A stretch of 64,000 nucleotides of DNA from contig JAQTUX010000001.1 in NCBI GenBank assembly GCA_028707125.1, forward strand, positions 725,764-789,763, read 5' to 3'. The translations under genes were made by a program, and so were the position numbers. This document shows positions 1-10,506 of this stretch, piece after piece (position 1 is the stretch's first letter; every line of letters starts with the position of its first letter). Source of the stretch: Candidatus Omnitrophota bacterium. GTDB taxonomy: Bacteria > Omnitrophota > Gorgyraeia > Gygaellales > JAQTUX01. The notes under the pieces were generated by a model. That model worked only from the letters and a program-made list of their open reading frames with translations. It was not told where the DNA came from and did no database searches.

Positions 1-558
1 AAAGAGATCCTGGAAAAGGTAGTTTACCGCACCATAGACGGCCTGGTAAAAGAAGGCATAACCTATAAAGGTGTCTTGTACGCCGGTATTATGCTGACCA
101 AAGAGGGCCCTAAAACTTTAGAGTTTAACGCGCGTTTCGGCGATCCCGAGACACAGGCGATCTTGCCGCGTTTACAATCCGATCTGGTAGAGGTGATGCT
201 TGCGGTAAGCGAGCAGAAACTTTCCCGCCTGAAAATACTGGATTGGGACAGCCGCGCCTGCGTCTGCGTTGTCCTGGCCTCAGGCGGCTATCCGGGTAAT
301 TATGAAAAAGGCAGGGAGATCAGCGGGCTTGATGAGGCGGCTAAGGTTAAAGACGCGGTAGTGTTTCACGCCGGCACCAGGAAGGACAAGGACAGATTTT
401 ATACAAACGGCGGAAGGGTCATGGGCGTCACCGGGTTGGGGGAGGATATCAAAACAGCAATTGAACATACATATAGCGCGGTTGAGAAGATCAGTTTTGA
501 AGGCATGCATTATAGAAAAGATATAGGGTGGAGAGCGGTTAAAGGAGGGCAACATTAA
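1..558 (+). CDS. purD: Phosphoribosylamine--glycine ligase (GAR synthetase), C-terminal part; 5' end lies outside the window
   Basis: Frame 1 is open from nt 1 to the stop at 556-558. The translation EILEKVVYRTIDGLVKEGITYKGVLYAGIMLT...FNARFGDPETQ... matches the PurD ATP-grasp C-domain. Its stop overlaps the purE start (TAATG). Confidence 0.85.
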   Translation, partial: KEILEKVVYRTIDGLVKEGITYKGVLYAGIMLTKEGPKTLEFNARFGDPETQAILPRLQSDLVEVMLAVSEQKLSRLKILDWDSRACVCVVLASGGYPGNYEKGREISGLDEAAKVKDAVVFHAGTRKDKDRFYTNGGRVMGVTGLGEDIKTAIEHTYSAVEKISFEGMHYRKDIGWRAVKGGQH

Positions 559-1043
559 TGGCGAGTAAAGTCAGTGTCATAATGGGCAGCGCGTCTGATT
601 TAAGCGTTGTTAAGGCATGCACGGATATGCTCAAGGAGTTCGGTATAAGTTTTGAATTAAAGGTGTTGTCCGCGCACCGCACTCCGAAGGAGTTAGAGAA
701 GTATACGCGTAGCGCGGAAGGCCGCGGCATCAAACTGTTTATCGCGGCCGCGGGCGGTTCCGCGGCGCTTGCCGGAGTTATCGCTTCTTTCACCACGCTT
801 CCGGTCATCGGCATCCCCATCCCTACCAAAGCCCTTAAAGGATTGGATTCTTTGCTTTCCACCGTGCAGATGCCAAAGGGCGTTCCGGTGGCATCAATGG
901 CGATAGGCGAGGCAGGGGCTGGTAACGCCGGCATATTGGCCGCGCAGATCCTGGGTTTAAGCGATAAAAAGATAAAACAGAAACTAACCAGGCATAAGAA
1001 AAATATGGCGGCAAAGGTGCTGAAGATAAAAGTCAGATTATGA
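558..1043 (+). CDS. purE: N5-carboxyaminoimidazole ribonucleotide mutase
   Basis: 161 aa. VSVIMGSASDL...LSAHRTP...AGGSAALAGV...PVIGIPI are classic PurE motifs. The gene is translationally coupled to purD. Confidence 0.9.
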   Translation: MASKVSVIMGSASDLSVVKACTDMLKEFGISFELKVLSAHRTPKELEKYTRSAEGRGIKLFIAAAGGSAALAGVIASFTTLPVIGIPIPTKALKGLDSLLSTVQMPKGVPVASMAIGEAGAGNAGILAAQILGLSDKKIKQKLTRHKKNMAAKVLKIKVRL

Positions 1044-2098
1044 TTGAAACAGCATACGTAAGGATAAACGATGTTGTCCCGGACAGGAGCGTAATGCTTG
1101 ACGCCGTAAAAGCGCTTAAAAAAGGCGGCATCGTTGCCTTTCCCACTGAAACCGTATATGGCCTGGCGGCAGACAGCCGCAATAAAAAGGCGATAAGGCG
1201 GCTTTACGAGATAAAACAGAGGCCTGACTCAAAGCCGTTTTCCCTGCTCGTCGGCAGCAAGGACAGCGTGGATAAGTTTTCAAAATCCCCGCCGATGGCT
1301 GTTTACAAGCTTATGGCTAAATTCTGGCCGGGCCCGCTGACGATAGTCATGCCTTCCGGGAATTCAAAGGTGGGCTTGAGGATGCCGGACAACGTGGTCG
1401 CCTTGATGCTTATCAGCGAATCAGGCCTGGAGCTTGCCGCGCCGTCCGCGAATATCGCGGATAAAGCGCCTTGCCTTAGCGCCGACGAAGTGATGGAGCA
1501 GTTTAGCGGCAAGATAGATATAGTTTTAGACGGGGGAGAGGCCAAATTAGGCAGGGAGTCCACGGTTGTTGAAGTTGACGCCGCCAACAGCGTGACTGTT
1601 TTGCGGGAAGGCGCCATTAAGGCGGAGGATGCCGTCAAGGCGGCCAGGACCAAGACAGTGCTTTTGGTCTGTACAGGCAATACCTGCCGTTCTGTGATGG
1701 CGGAAGGCCTGCTTAAACAAAAGACAAAGGACAGGCTGTCTGTTGAAGTCGTCTCTGCCGGGATTTCAGCGCTTTCAGGCATGCCTGCTACGGCCGAGAC
1801 GCTTTCGCTGTTGAGCAAGGAAGGTATTGATATGTCCGGCCACAAGTCAAGGCGCGTTAGTATGGATATGCTTAAAAGCGCGGACCTCATACTCGTTATG
1901 GAGCGCATCCATAAGGAACGCATAAAGGAAATGGCGCCGGAAATAGAAAATAAAGTGTTTTTATTGAAAGAATTTGCTAAAATAAAGGACGGCAACAGCG
2001 ATATCAAAGATCCCATAGGCGGATCCATAGACACATATATGAATATTTTTTATATAATCAAGGATACAATAGAAAGGATAAGCAAAACAATACTATGA
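1040..2098 (+). CDS. Fusion of L-threonylcarbamoyladenylate synthase (Sua5/YrdC/TsaC domain, N-terminal ~190 aa) with a low-molecular-weight protein phosphatase (LMW-PTP/YwlE-like) domain
   Basis: The N-terminal half (GGIVAFPTETVYGLAADS...) is Sua5/YrdC-like. The C-terminal half carries the P-loop VLLVCTGNTCRSVMAEG (CX5R phosphatase motif). Gene order matches the Bacillus ywlC-ywlE-ywlF(rpiB)-glyA block. Confidence 0.8.
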   Translation: MIETAYVRINDVVPDRSVMLDAVKALKKGGIVAFPTETVYGLAADSRNKKAIRRLYEIKQRPDSKPFSLLVGSKDSVDKFSKSPPMAVYKLMAKFWPGPLTIVMPSGNSKVGLRMPDNVVALMLISESGLELAAPSANIADKAPCLSADEVMEQFSGKIDIVLDGGEAKLGRESTVVEVDAANSVTVLREGAIKAEDAVKAARTKTVLLVCTGNTCRSVMAEGLLKQKTKDRLSVEVVSAGISALSGMPATAETLSLLSKEGIDMSGHKSRRVSMDMLKSADLILVMERIHKERIKEMAPEIENKVFLLKEFAKIKDGNSDIKDPIGGSIDTYMNIFYIIKDTIERISKTIL

Positions 2099-2553
2099 AG
2101 ATAGTCATAGGCGCCGACCACGGCGGGTTTAAGTTGAAGGAGGAGCTCCTGCGTTTCCTGAAGAAGAAGGGCATCGAGGTTTCTGATTTCGGCACGTATT
2201 CCGAGGAATCCTGCGATTATCCCGAGATCTCATACAGAGTTGCCAGGGCCGTGTCTAAAAAGCAATACAACAGAGGTATCTTGATCTGTAAAAGCGGCAT
2301 AGGCAATTCCATCGTCGCCAACAAGGTGCGGGGCGTGAGGGCGGCATTGGCCTATAATTTGAAGGCGGCAGAATTTTCCCGCCGGCACAATGACGCCAAC
2401 GTGCTGGTGCTGGGGGCGTCGTTTGTCACCGGCGATACGGCAAAAAAGATAGTAGATGCCTGGTTGAATACGGAGTTTGAAGGCGGCAGGCACAGCCGCC
2501 GCGTCAGGCAGATATCGGCTATAGAGAAAAAAATTGACAGGAGGGTTGAGTGA
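2095..2553 (+). CDS. rpiB: Ribose-5-phosphate isomerase B
   Basis: 152 aa. [18 protein letters not shown]...[17 protein letters not shown] are RpiB/LacAB motifs. Confidence 0.9.
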   Translation: MKIVIGADHGGFKLKEELLRFLKKKGIEVSDFGTYSEESCDYPEISYRVARAVSKKQYNRGILICKSGIGNSIVANKVRGVRAALAYNLKAAEFSRRHNDANVLVLGASFVTGDTAKKIVDAWLNTEFEGGRHSRRVRQISAIEKKIDRRVE

Positions 2554-3797
2554 AACACCACATACAGTCAGTTGACCCGGAGATTTACAAGGCGATAACC
2601 AGCGAGATCGAGCGCGAGGAGAAGACCATAGAACTCATCGCTTCGGAGAATTTCGCGCCTTTGGCAGTGCTTGAGGCGCAGGGTTCCGTGATGACCAATA
2701 AGTACGCCGAGGGCTATCCTGCCAGCCGCTGGTACGGCGGATGCGAGTTCGTTGACGACGCGGAGCGCCTTGCCATTGAGCGCGCCAAGGAGCTTTTCGG
2801 CGCGGAGCACGCCAACGTGCAGGCGCATTCGGGAACGCAGGCGAATATGGCGGTGTATTTTGCCGCGCTTGAGGTGGGAGATACGGTCATGGCTATGGAC
2901 CTTGCCTGCGGAGGCCACCTTTCCCACGGCCACCCGCACAATTTTTCCGGCAGGTTCTACAAGATCATTCCCTACGGCGTAAACAGGGAAACAGAGCGCA
3001 TTGATATGGATGAGATCCGCCTCCTTGCCAGGAGGCACAGGCCCAAGATGATACTGGTGGGCGCCTCCGCCTATTCGCGCGTATTTGACTTTAAGGAATT
3101 CAGGGACATATGTGATTCGGTTGGGGCGTATCTTTTTGTGGATATGGCTCATATTGCCGGCCTCATCGCGGCGGGGGTCCATCCCAGCCCGTTTCCCTAT
3201 GCTGATTTCGTAACTACTACCACGCATAAGACACTGCGCGGGCCCAGAGGCGGCGTTGTGTTCTGCCGCGGCCAGTTTGCCAAAAAAATTGACGGCTATG
3301 TATTTCCCGGCATACAGGGAGGGCCGCTTATGCACGTTATAGCGGCCAAGGCGATCGCCTTTAAACTCGCGGCGACGGAGGAATTCAAGGCATACCAGCG
3401 CCAGGTGGCAAAGAACGCCAAGGCGCTTGCCGAAGCAATGGCCTCTTTCGGCTACCGGCTGGTGTCGGGCGGTACCGATAATCATCTTGCGCTCGTGGAT
3501 CTGACGCCCAGGAAGGTATGCGGCAGGGACGCGCAGGTGGCGCTTGAGAAGGCCGGTATCACAGTGAATAAGAACCTCATACCTTATGACCGGTTAAGCC
3601 CCATGCTTACCAGCGGAATACGGCTGGGAGCTCCCGCGGTCACTACCAGGGGAATGAAGGAAAATGAAATGAAACAGATCGTTTCATTGATAAACGAAGC
3701 GATCCTGGCGAGGAGCGACGACGGTAAATTGGAGGATATCCGCGGAAGGGCATACGCCTTGACCGCCAGGTTCCCGATCTACCCCGAATTAAAATGA
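2550..3797 (+). CDS. glyA: Serine hydroxymethyltransferase (GTG start)
   Basis: 415 aa. [26 protein letters not shown] and the PLP-lysine region [14 protein letters not shown] are all present. Confidence 0.92.
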   Translation: MKHHIQSVDPEIYKAITSEIEREEKTIELIASENFAPLAVLEAQGSVMTNKYAEGYPASRWYGGCEFVDDAERLAIERAKELFGAEHANVQAHSGTQANMAVYFAALEVGDTVMAMDLACGGHLSHGHPHNFSGRFYKIIPYGVNRETERIDMDEIRLLARRHRPKMILVGASAYSRVFDFKEFRDICDSVGAYLFVDMAHIAGLIAAGVHPSPFPYADFVTTTTHKTLRGPRGGVVFCRGQFAKKIDGYVFPGIQGGPLMHVIAAKAIAFKLAATEEFKAYQRQVAKNAKALAEAMASFGYRLVSGGTDNHLALVDLTPRKVCGRDAQVALEKAGITVNKNLIPYDRLSPMLTSGIRLGAPAVTTRGMKENEMKQIVSLINEAILARSDDGKLEDIRGRAYALTARFPIYPELK

Positions 3798-4243
3798 AAG
3801 ACAACCGCCCCGGATGGGATGAATACTTTATCGGTATTGCCAAGCTTGTGGCAAAGCGCTCTACGTGCCTGCGCAGGCAGGTGGGGGCTTTGATCGTCAA
3901 GGACAGGAGAATACTTGCCACCGGCTACAACGGCACACCCTCAGGCATCAAGCATTGTTTTGAAGCCGGCTGCCTCAGGGAGAAACTCAAGATACCTTCC
4001 GGCGAGCGCCATGAACTCTGCCGCGGGCTGCACGCCGAACAAAACGCGCTGCTTCAGGCCGCGCTCTACGGCATAAGCGTCAAGGACTCATCGTTCTACA
4101 TAACCAACCAGCCCTGCATCATCTGCGCCAAGATGCTTATAAACGCCGGAGTGAAAGAGGTCGTTATCTCCGACGGTTATCCGGATAAGATGTCGGCGGA
4201 ATTCCTCAAAGAGGCGGGGATAAGAGTCAGAAAGAAGAAGTGA
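3794..4243 (+). CDS. dCMP / cytidine deaminase family protein (ComEB-like)
   Basis: HAEQNAL...PCIICAKML are the zinc-binding CDA-fold motifs; 149 aa. Confidence 0.8.
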   Translation: MKDNRPGWDEYFIGIAKLVAKRSTCLRRQVGALIVKDRRILATGYNGTPSGIKHCFEAGCLREKLKIPSGERHELCRGLHAEQNALLQAALYGISVKDSSFYITNQPCIICAKMLINAGVKEVVISDGYPDKMSAEFLKEAGIRVRKKK

Positions 4244-4713
4244 AGTGCCCTTTTTGCCATTATAGAGAAAGCAGTGTAGTTGATTCGCGCCCTACATCAG
4301 CCAACGCCGGGATCAGGCGCAGGCGCCAGTGCCTGAAATGCTCAAAGCGGTTCACCACTTACGAATACAACGAGGAGCTTCCCATGATGGTGGTGAAGAA
4401 AGACGGCCGGCGCCAGGCATTTGACAGAAAGAAGATCCTGAACGGCATAGTAAAGGCCTGCGAGAAAAGGCAGGTAAGTGTAAAGAAGATGGAGCAGATA
4501 GTAGCCGGCATAGAGCGGCATATCCATAAGAAGTTTGACCGCGAAGTCGGTTCTACCTACATAGGCGAGAAGGTAATGGAGCATTTGGCCGCGCTTGACG
4601 ATGTGGCCTACGTGCGCTTTGCCTCAGTGTACAGGCAGTTTAAGGACGTCAACCAATTCATGAAAGAGCTGAAAGACATGTTCAACAAGGGAAAGAAGAA
4701 GGCGCGGAGATGA
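4240..4713 (+). CDS. nrdR: Transcriptional repressor NrdR
   Basis: [17 protein letters not shown]...[12 protein letters not shown] is the N-terminal zinc ribbon, followed by an ATP-cone; 157 aa. Confidence 0.9.
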   Translation: MKCPFCHYRESSVVDSRPTSANAGIRRRRQCLKCSKRFTTYEYNEELPMMVVKKDGRRQAFDRKKILNGIVKACEKRQVSVKKMEQIVAGIERHIHKKFDREVGSTYIGEKVMEHLAALDDVAYVRFASVYRQFKDVNQFMKELKDMFNKGKKKARR

Positions 4714-4717
4714 TCAT

Positions 4718-5122
4718 ATGATTGAAGTAGGGTTAAACAAGATAATAATAGACGAGAAAAGGCACGATCAGGTCATCGTGCTCAAAGAGAAGAAGGGCGA
4801 GCGGCTGCTGCCTATCGTCATAGGGTCCACGGAGGCATCCGCCATAAAGATGGAGGTAAGCGGTTTTACCCCGCCGCGGCCGTTGACGCACGATCTGCTG
4901 TTAAACACCATTACCGAACTTGATTCCCGCATAGATTATGTCCTTATAGACAAGCTGGAGCAGAGCACATACCACGCCAAGCTCTACCTGAAATATGACG
5001 GCAGGCAGAAGGTCGTGGATGCCAGGCCGTCGGACAGCATCGCCCTGGCAGTGCGCGCCAGGGCGCCGATCTTTGTGGAAGAGGATATATTTAAGCAGTC
5101 TAACCCGCTGAAGGAAAAATAG
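4718..5122 (+). CDS. Bifunctional nuclease family protein (DUF151/BFN domain)
   Basis: 134 aa. VIVLKEKKGERLLPIVIGSTEASAI...THDLL is the typical DUF151 signature. Confidence 0.65.
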   Translation: MIEVGLNKIIIDEKRHDQVIVLKEKKGERLLPIVIGSTEASAIKMEVSGFTPPRPLTHDLLLNTITELDSRIDYVLIDKLEQSTYHAKLYLKYDGRQKVVDARPSDSIALAVRARAPIFVEEDIFKQSNPLKEK

Positions 5123-5139
5123 GCGTTTTCCCGCCGCGT

Positions 5140-6588
5140 ATGCTTAGCACTTCACTAATAAAGAGCGACCCCCTCATAAAAAAGCTTATTCAGTATATTT
5201 CCCGGCAAAAAAGGCGGCCCGGGCTCTACATTGTGGGCGGTTTCCTCAGGGACATATTCCTCAAGCGCCGCAAAGACGTGGTGGATATTGACTTCGCGGT
5301 CGGCAGGAATGCCGTCGCCTTTGCCCGCGGCTTTGCCCGCCAGATCAAGGCGGGATTTGTGGTGCTGGATAAGGCGCGCGGCTGCGCCAGGGTCGTATAC
5401 AAGACAAAGCAAATGCACTATACCCTTGATTTTACCGATTTTCGCGGCAGGGACCTGAAGGATGATATGCTCCATCGCGACTTTACCATCAACGCCCTTG
5501 CCCTGGATGTGGCGCGGCTTAAGGCAGGCAGGCGGCTTGAGGACTGCGTAATTGATTTTCACGGCGGGCTCAAAGACATCAAGCTGAAAAAAATAAGGGC
5601 GGCATCAGAGTCATCTTTTAAAGATGATCCCTTGAGGGTATTAAGGGCGTTCAGCGCGAAGGCGATGTTCGGATTCAATATAGATAAACAGACCTTGAGA
5701 TCAGCGCTGAAAAGCAAAGAGAAATTAAGGGGCGTTTCTTATGAGCGTATAAGAGACGAGTTGTTCAAGATATTTGAAAGCGAGAACGCCTGCAAAACCA
5801 TAAAAGAACTGGATGATCTGAAGATACTTTATGTTGTCCTGCCTCAGTTAAGGGTCATGCGCGGGGTTGACCAGGGGCCGTATCACCATCTTGACGTCTG
5901 GGGGCATTCGTTGGAGGCGCTTAAACAGTTTGAGGCGCTGCTTAAGGAGATTAAACGCGACAAGAAGATAGGCCCATATCTCGGCACTATCCTCTCTCCC
6001 ACAAGGAGCCGGCTGGGTTTATTAAAGTTTGCCTGCCTTCTGCATGACATAGGCAAACCGGAAAGCCGCGTGCGCAGGGAAGGTAAGATCATATTCCACG
6101 GCCACGAGCGCTGCGCCCTGAAGATAGTCCGCGGGATCACGGAGATGTTGAAACTTTCGCAGGACGAGTATTACGCGTTGAAGAAGATCGTCTTCTGGCA
6201 TTTACGCCCCGGATACCTCGCGGATATAGAAACGCTCAGCGAGCGGGCAAGGTTCCGTTTCTTCAGGGATACGGCAGAGGAGGCGGTAAGCGTGCTTTTG
6301 CTCGCGATCGCCGACCAGCGCGCGACAAGAGGGCCGCTTACGGCGGGCGAGGACCGCAGGCATCACGAGAAGGTCTGCCTTGAGCTCGCGCGCGAGTTCT
6401 TCATCCGTAAGGGCCGGGAAAAGATCGTGCGGTTGATAGACGGAAATGACCTGATAAAGATATTAAAACTTACGCCTTCCCCGATTTTCAGTAAGATCCT
6501 GGACGAAGTAGAAGAGGCGCAGGCGGCCGGAGAGATAACAACAAAGAAACAGGCGCTGGCGCTGGCGCGTTCATTAGCTAAGATATGA
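5140..6588 (+). CDS. cca: CCA-adding tRNA nucleotidyltransferase with HD domain
   Basis: LYIVGGFLRDIFL...DIDFAV is the pol-beta-type NT head. A downstream HD motif (LLHDIGKP...HGHERCA) is present; 482 aa. Confidence 0.85.
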   Translation: MLSTSLIKSDPLIKKLIQYISRQKRRPGLYIVGGFLRDIFLKRRKDVVDIDFAVGRNAVAFARGFARQIKAGFVVLDKARGCARVVYKTKQMHYTLDFTDFRGRDLKDDMLHRDFTINALALDVARLKAGRRLEDCVIDFHGGLKDIKLKKIRAASESSFKDDPLRVLRAFSAKAMFGFNIDKQTLRSALKSKEKLRGVSYERIRDELFKIFESENACKTIKELDDLKILYVVLPQLRVMRGVDQGPYHHLDVWGHSLEALKQFEALLKEIKRDKKIGPYLGTILSPTRSRLGLLKFACLLHDIGKPESRVRREGKIIFHGHERCALKIVRGITEMLKLSQDEYYALKKIVFWHLRPGYLADIETLSERARFRFFRDTAEEAVSVLLLAIADQRATRGPLTAGEDRRHHEKVCLELAREFFIRKGREKIVRLIDGNDLIKILKLTPSPIFSKILDEVEEAQAAGEITTKKQALALARSLAKI

Positions 6589-7373
6589 AAGATATAAGTT
6601 ATTTAGGCACAGCTGTGCGGGCCGCGAGGCGGGCCGGCGTGATCCACAAAAAATACTTCCAGAAAGGGTTTAGGGTGCGGACGAAGTCCTCGTCCTTTGA
6701 CCTTCTGACCAATGCCGATACAGAGGCGGAGAAGGCGGTTGTCTCGTTGATAAAAAGCCGTTTTCCCGAACATAACTTTCTTGCCGAAGAATACCGTTAT
6801 AAAAAGACCGGTTCGGAATATACCTGGATCATTGACCCGCTTGACGGCACAAATAACTTTGCCTGCGGACTGCCGATCTTTTGCGCTTCGGTCGCGCTGG
6901 CGCGTAAAGATAAGGTGATAGCCGGCGCTATTTACGACGTAACGCGCGATGAGCTGTTTTACGCCGAGAAGGGCAAAGGCGCGTTTCTTAACGCGAAGCC
7001 CATCAGGGTCAATTCAGCGGCTACCCTAAGGCAGGCCATGCTCATAACCGGATTCTATTACGACAGAGGCAGGGAAATGGTTAAGAGCCTGGAGACCATC
7101 AAGCGCTTCTTGTTTCGGCGGATCCTGGGGCTGCGCCGTCTGGGCGCCGCGGCGCTGGATCTTTGTTATGTGGCCTCAGGCCGGGCAGCGGGTTTCTGGG
7201 AGTTTGAGTTAAGCCCCTGGGATTTTGCCGCGGGCAAGCTGATCGTTGAGGAGGCAGGAGGCAGGGTCACAGGAAAAAACGGCGAGGGGGTACCGCTTGA
7301 CAGGAAGCATTTTATCGTGTCTTCAAACGGAAAGATACACAGGCAGATGCTTGCGGTAATAAAGGAAAGATAG
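6585..7373 (+). CDS. Inositol monophosphatase family protein (SuhB-like)
   Basis: EE...WIIDPLDGTNNF...WDFAAG are IMPase family motifs; 262 aa. Confidence 0.85.
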   Translation: MKDISYLGTAVRAARRAGVIHKKYFQKGFRVRTKSSSFDLLTNADTEAEKAVVSLIKSRFPEHNFLAEEYRYKKTGSEYTWIIDPLDGTNNFACGLPIFCASVALARKDKVIAGAIYDVTRDELFYAEKGKGAFLNAKPIRVNSAATLRQAMLITGFYYDRGREMVKSLETIKRFLFRRILGLRRLGAAALDLCYVASGRAAGFWEFELSPWDFAAGKLIVEEAGGRVTGKNGEGVPLDRKHFIVSSNGKIHRQMLAVIKER

Positions 7374-7385
7374 TATAATATCATA

Positions 7386-8336
7386 ATGGATATCAAGGGC
7401 TGTGAAATAAAGATCATTCAAGGGGATATAACCGCGCAGAAGGTTGACGCGATAGTCAACGCCGCCAACAATAAGCTGGTCATGGGCGGCGGCGTGGCGG
7501 GCGCGATAAAGCGCAAAGGCGGCAAAGAGATAGAGGATGAAGCTGTCAAAAAAGGCCCCATAGCCATAGGTGAGGCAGTCGCGACTAAGGCGGGCAAACT
7601 CAGCGCGAAGTTTGTGATACACGCCGTGACCATGGGAATGGACTTCCAGACCGACGAGAAAAAGATACGGCTTTCCTGCCGGAACGCGCTGCGGGCCGCC
7701 GAGGAATTAAAAGTAAAGTCCCTTGCCTTTCCCGCGCTTGGCTGCGGAGTGGGGGGATTTTCTCTTGTTGCCGCGGCTAAGATAATGTCTCAGGAAGTGT
7801 TGAGGCATCTAAGATACAGCGATTCGCGGCTTAAAGAGATCGTGTTCGCGCTTTATGATAAGGAGGGTTTTGAAATATTTGACAAGCACGTAAACGGTTA
7901 TTTAGATTATATGCTCAATAAATTAGGCAACGGCCCTTATGTCACCGTGGACGCCTTAATAGAGATGCCTGACAACAGGATAGTTTTAATTGAGCGCCAA
8001 AATCCGCCGTTCGGCTGGGCAATACCCGGCGGGTTTGTGGATTACGGCGAGAGTTTAGAGGACGCGGCCAGGCGCGAGGCAGAAGAGGAGACCGGTTTAA
8101 GGATCACGGGGCTGAAGCAATTCCATACTTATTCAGAACCGAAGAGGGACCCGCGTTTCCACACTATAGGCACGGTATATATTGCTAAAGCCGAAGGCAG
8201 CATCAAGGCAGGTGATGACGCGGCAAAGGCGGCGGCATTTACGCCGGATGAGGCGATGAAGCTGGATCTTGCCTTTGACCATAAGGACATCCTGCGGGAT
8301 TATTTAGAGTATAAGAATAGGGGGGCAGGTGTCTAG
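7386..8336 (+). CDS. Macro domain (ADP-ribose binding/processing) fused to NUDIX hydrolase (ADP-ribose pyrophosphatase-like)
   Basis: The N-terminal [32 protein letters not shown] is a macro domain. The C-terminal [24 protein letters not shown] is a Nudix box. Confidence 0.8.
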   Translation: MDIKGCEIKIIQGDITAQKVDAIVNAANNKLVMGGGVAGAIKRKGGKEIEDEAVKKGPIAIGEAVATKAGKLSAKFVIHAVTMGMDFQTDEKKIRLSCRNALRAAEELKVKSLAFPALGCGVGGFSLVAAAKIMSQEVLRHLRYSDSRLKEIVFALYDKEGFEIFDKHVNGYLDYMLNKLGNGPYVTVDALIEMPDNRIVLIERQNPPFGWAIPGGFVDYGESLEDAARREAEEETGLRITGLKQFHTYSEPKRDPRFHTIGTVYIAKAEGSIKAGDDAAKAAAFTPDEAMKLDLAFDHKDILRDYLEYKNRGAGV

Positions 8337-8697
8337 CAGGAATTTCCTGGAGAGTTTTAAATATGCCTTTGACGGGCTGGGCTTTGCCATCCGCACAGAG
8401 ACGCATATACGCATCCATATAGCGTTCGCCTGCTTCGCGGTTTTGTTCGCCGTATTGCTCAAAGTCGCCCGGATAGAATTCCTGTTTATTTGCGTATCCA
8501 TAGCGCTGGTATTCGTGGCGGAGATAGTAAACACCGCCTTTGAGATCCTTATAGATTTCCTTAAGGGCCAGAAAAAAAGCGTTTCAATAAGGGTGCTGAA
8601 GGATATTGCAGCTGCCGGCGTTCTCGTCGCCAGTATCAATTCTCTTATCGTCGCCTGTTTTATCCTGGCGCCCAAGTTCATCAAGCTGTTCGCCTAA
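8329..8697 (+). CDS. dgkA: Diacylglycerol kinase / undecaprenol kinase family (DgkA)
   Basis: A 122-aa three-TM protein. [18 protein letters not shown]...[12 protein letters not shown] is DgkA-like. Confidence 0.8.
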   Translation: MSSRNFLESFKYAFDGLGFAIRTETHIRIHIAFACFAVLFAVLLKVARIEFLFICVSIALVFVAEIVNTAFEILIDFLKGQKKSVSIRVLKDIAAAGVLVASINSLIVACFILAPKFIKLFA

Positions 8698-8710
8698 AGA
8701 AAGGGAGCAA

Positions 8711-9442
8711 ATGGAGATCACGGTCCAGTATAAAGGCAATATAGTGGTCCTGTCCGTCTCAGGGGAGATCGATATAAACGCTTCAGAGTTGGTGGAGAGG
8801 GTCGGCTGGTGCATCAGGAGCGGTTTCAAGGATATACTCTGCAATTTTGAGGAAGTGAATTTTGTGGATTACGAGGGCCTGTCCGTATTGACCATTGCCT
8901 ATAAGAACGTGATAAATAATAAATGCAGGATCAAGTTTGTGAACGTCCCCGTCTATATAAGGCGGCTTTTTGAACTGGTGCATATGGACAGCGTATTTGA
9001 GGTATACGATAACATGGAACTGGCATTGAACGCGTTTAAGGAAGACAGGGCCATAGCCGAGATACAGAGCAAGAAACTGAGGAGGAGGTTCAGGCGGCTG
9101 CACTTTGAGCAGACAGTGGAATACTGGCCCGGACAGGCGGGCGGCAAGCCGCATAAGGGCAAGATCCTGAATTTGAGCGCCATAGGCGCTTTGATATTCT
9201 GCGACAAGATATATCCGTTAGGCGAGATCATTACTTTGAAGTTTGGCCTTGGGCCGCACATGTCAAAGACAGAACTTGAGGCCAGGGTCGTCTGGCATGT
9301 ATCCAGGGAGCTGCAGCATGAGATCTATCCGGGCATGGGTGTTGAATTCTATAAAATTGATTCTGAGATTCAGGCAAAGATAGTCGCTTTTGTAGAGAGG
9401 AACCTGGCGTTGGACAAAGACGCCTCCGGCTCTACCGCGTAA
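8711..9442 (+). CDS. STAS (anti-sigma-factor antagonist-like) domain fused to a PilZ c-di-GMP-binding domain
   Basis: The N-terminal ITVQYKGNIVVLSVSGEID...EEVNFVDYEGLSVL is a STAS/SpoIIAA-like fold. The C-terminal RRRFRR...NLSAIGALIF matches the PilZ RxxxR and (D/N)xSxxG motifs. An AAGGGAG RBS lies 5 nt upstream of the ATG at 8711. I rejected the longer ORF starting at 8606. Confidence 0.7.
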   Translation: MEITVQYKGNIVVLSVSGEIDINASELVERVGWCIRSGFKDILCNFEEVNFVDYEGLSVLTIAYKNVINNKCRIKFVNVPVYIRRLFELVHMDSVFEVYDNMELALNAFKEDRAIAEIQSKKLRRRFRRLHFEQTVEYWPGQAGGKPHKGKILNLSAIGALIFCDKIYPLGEIITLKFGLGPHMSKTELEARVVWHVSRELQHEIYPGMGVEFYKIDSEIQAKIVAFVERNLALDKDASGSTA

Positions 9443-9456
9443 ACAAGGAGGATGTT

Positions 9457-10497
9457 ATGCTGCGTTTTCTTACCGCTGGAGAATCGCACGGAAGGTGCCT
9501 CGCGGCGATCCTGGAAGGCATTCCCGCGGGGTTAAAGATCAACGCCTACGAGATAAATACCGAGCTGCAGCGCAGGCAGGAGGGTTATGGCAGGGGTAAA
9601 CGCATGCAGATCGAGCAGGATTCGGCCTTGATACTTTCCGGTTTAAGGCGGGGGGTCACTATCGGCTCTCCCATTTGCCTGATGATCAAAAACACCGACT
9701 CCAGGATAAACGAGCTTCCCGACGTTGTCTCTCCCAGGCCGGGTCACGCGGACCTGGCCGGAGTGCTGAAATACGGATTTCAGGACGCGCGGCCTGTGCT
9801 TGAACGCGCCTCTGCCAGAGAGACGGCGGCCAGGACCGCGGTAGGCGCTTTGTGCAAATTGTTCCTGCGCGAGTTTGATATCAATATCAGCAGCCGGGTT
9901 ATTGAGGTTGGCGGGGAGTCAGACAAGGACAAGATGAAGAAACGCGTAGATGCCGCCGTAAAGAAACGGGATACGGTGGGAGGCGTATTTGAAGTAAAGG
10001 CGATAGGGCTGCCTCCGGGCCTGGGCAGTTACGCGCATTTTGACAAGCGGCTTGACGGACGGCTGTCGGCCGCGCTTATGTCCATACCCGGAGTTAAGTC
10101 GGTGGAGATAGGTTTGGGCCTGGGCTACGCGGATAAGTTCGGCTCTGAAGCGCACGACGCGATCTTTTACTCGCGGAAAAAGGGTTTCTATAGAAAGACC
10201 AATAACGCCGGCGGCCTTGAGGGCGGCATGACTAACGGGGAGCCGTTGATCTTACGGTGCTGTATGAAACCGATATCTACCCTGTTCAATCCGCTGCCTT
10301 CCGTGGATTTGAATACGCGCAAGCCCAAAAAAGCGGCGATCGAGCGTTCCGACACCTGCGTGGTATTGTCCGCCGGAGTTGTAGGAGAGGCGGTCTCTGC
10401 CACAGAACTTGCCGGGGTATTGCTGGAGAAGTTCGGCGGCGACTCGCTTTCCGACATAAAGGACAGTTATAAAAATTATTTGAAGCGGATCTCTTAA
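9457..10497 (+). CDS. aroC: Chorismate synthase
   Basis: MLRFLTAGESHGRCLAAILEGIPAGL...GRGKRMQIE is a canonical AroC N-terminus; 346 aa. Confidence 0.9.
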   Translation: MLRFLTAGESHGRCLAAILEGIPAGLKINAYEINTELQRRQEGYGRGKRMQIEQDSALILSGLRRGVTIGSPICLMIKNTDSRINELPDVVSPRPGHADLAGVLKYGFQDARPVLERASARETAARTAVGALCKLFLREFDINISSRVIEVGGESDKDKMKKRVDAAVKKRDTVGGVFEVKAIGLPPGLGSYAHFDKRLDGRLSAALMSIPGVKSVEIGLGLGYADKFGSEAHDAIFYSRKKGFYRKTNNAGGLEGGMTNGEPLILRCCMKPISTLFNPLPSVDLNTRKPKKAAIERSDTCVVLSAGVVGEAVSATELAGVLLEKFGGDSLSDIKDSYKNYLKRIS

Positions 10498-10506
10498 ACA
10501 AACCAA

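Noticed and set aside
2568-3485. 305-aa minus-strand ORF
   Set aside because: It is entirely antisense to glyA, whose + strand translation carries unambiguous SHMT motifs. Its Arg/Gly/His-rich low-complexity translation is typical of a shadow ORF.
8606-8710. N-terminal extension of the STAS-PilZ ORF (start at 8606 overlapping dgkA)
   Set aside because: The extension is a Ser/Pro-rich read-through of the dgkA 3' end in another frame. The ATG at 8711 has an AAGGGAG RBS and begins exactly at the STAS fold.
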